Position numbers and translations under genes: made by a program
Assembly (NCBI GenBank): GCA_963733375.1
Contig: CAVTDB010000010.1
Location: 30,717 to 94,716, forward strand
DNA from: Nitrospirota bacterium
GTDB lineage: Bacteria > Nitrospirota > JACRHJ01
Reading direction: 5' to 3'
Length of the DNA: 64,000 bases
Notes under the pieces: generated by a model
What the model saw: the letters and a program-made list of their open reading frames with translations, nothing else
Told to the model about the DNA's origin: nothing
The model's database searches: none
In this document: piece by piece, positions 63,887 through 64,000 of the stretch
Numbering within the stretch: position 1 is the first letter of the stretch
Layout: every line of letters starts with the position of its first letter

Positions 63887-63953
63887 TTTATTCAACGATT
63901 TTTACGGCTAATATATCGCCGCATTAAGAACATGGTTACTGTTTAAATCATAT

Positions 63954-63984
63954 AAAAAGGGCAGCCGAAAGGCGGCCCTTTTTT
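63954..63984. terminator. Bidirectional intrinsic terminator
   Basis: AAAAAGGGCAGCC-GAAA-GGCGGCCCTTTTTT. Confidence 0.8.
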
Positions 63985-64000
63985 AATTTTACCGAGCGGT

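Larger units (their letters stand above)
60116..64000. mobile_element. Left end of an AT-rich genomic island next to tRNA-Gln (runs off window)
   Basis: Abrupt visible drop in GC after ~60320; cargo luxR/luxR/luxI and radC; no integrase seen in window. Confidence 0.65.

Overview
GC-rich bacterial chromosome segment. The futalosine menaquinone genes, hemA-hemC-hemD-hemB with ccsA, multiheme cytochrome and sigma-54 systems suggest a Nitrospirota- or Deltaproteobacteria-like anaerobe; this is inference only. Single-base indels split many genes, including essential ones (gltX, hemA, hemB, panC), so this looks like an unpolished long-read assembly and frameshifts are not evidence of decay. Layout: (1) 1-8.9 kb, lptG end, signalling and stress genes. 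(2) 8984-23842, a compact ~14.9-kb single-strand operon of phage-derived genes: Cys4/sigma-region-4 regulator, TerS-like/TerL, Mu-type protease, portal, capsid, gp36, gp37, Dit-like, hub, lysis genes and signal-peptide-bearing fibre-like proteins. It has no recognisable integrase, transposase, repressor, replication, tail tube, sheath or tape-measure gene. This is the best candidate for an undescribed system, a domesticated GTA-like or tail-less particle. (3) 24-39 kb, housekeeping cofactor genes. (4) 39.5-55.2 kb, a multiheme cytochrome / copper uptake / S-Se trafficking cluster. (5) rnpB, RNase H, tRNA(CAT), gltX, tRNA-Gln. (6) From ~60.1 kb, an AT-rich island with luxR-luxR-luxI, a 4x23-bp tandem repeat and radC. 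Two families of dispersed palindromic repeats are present. Family assignments come from motif recognition by eye, not database searches.
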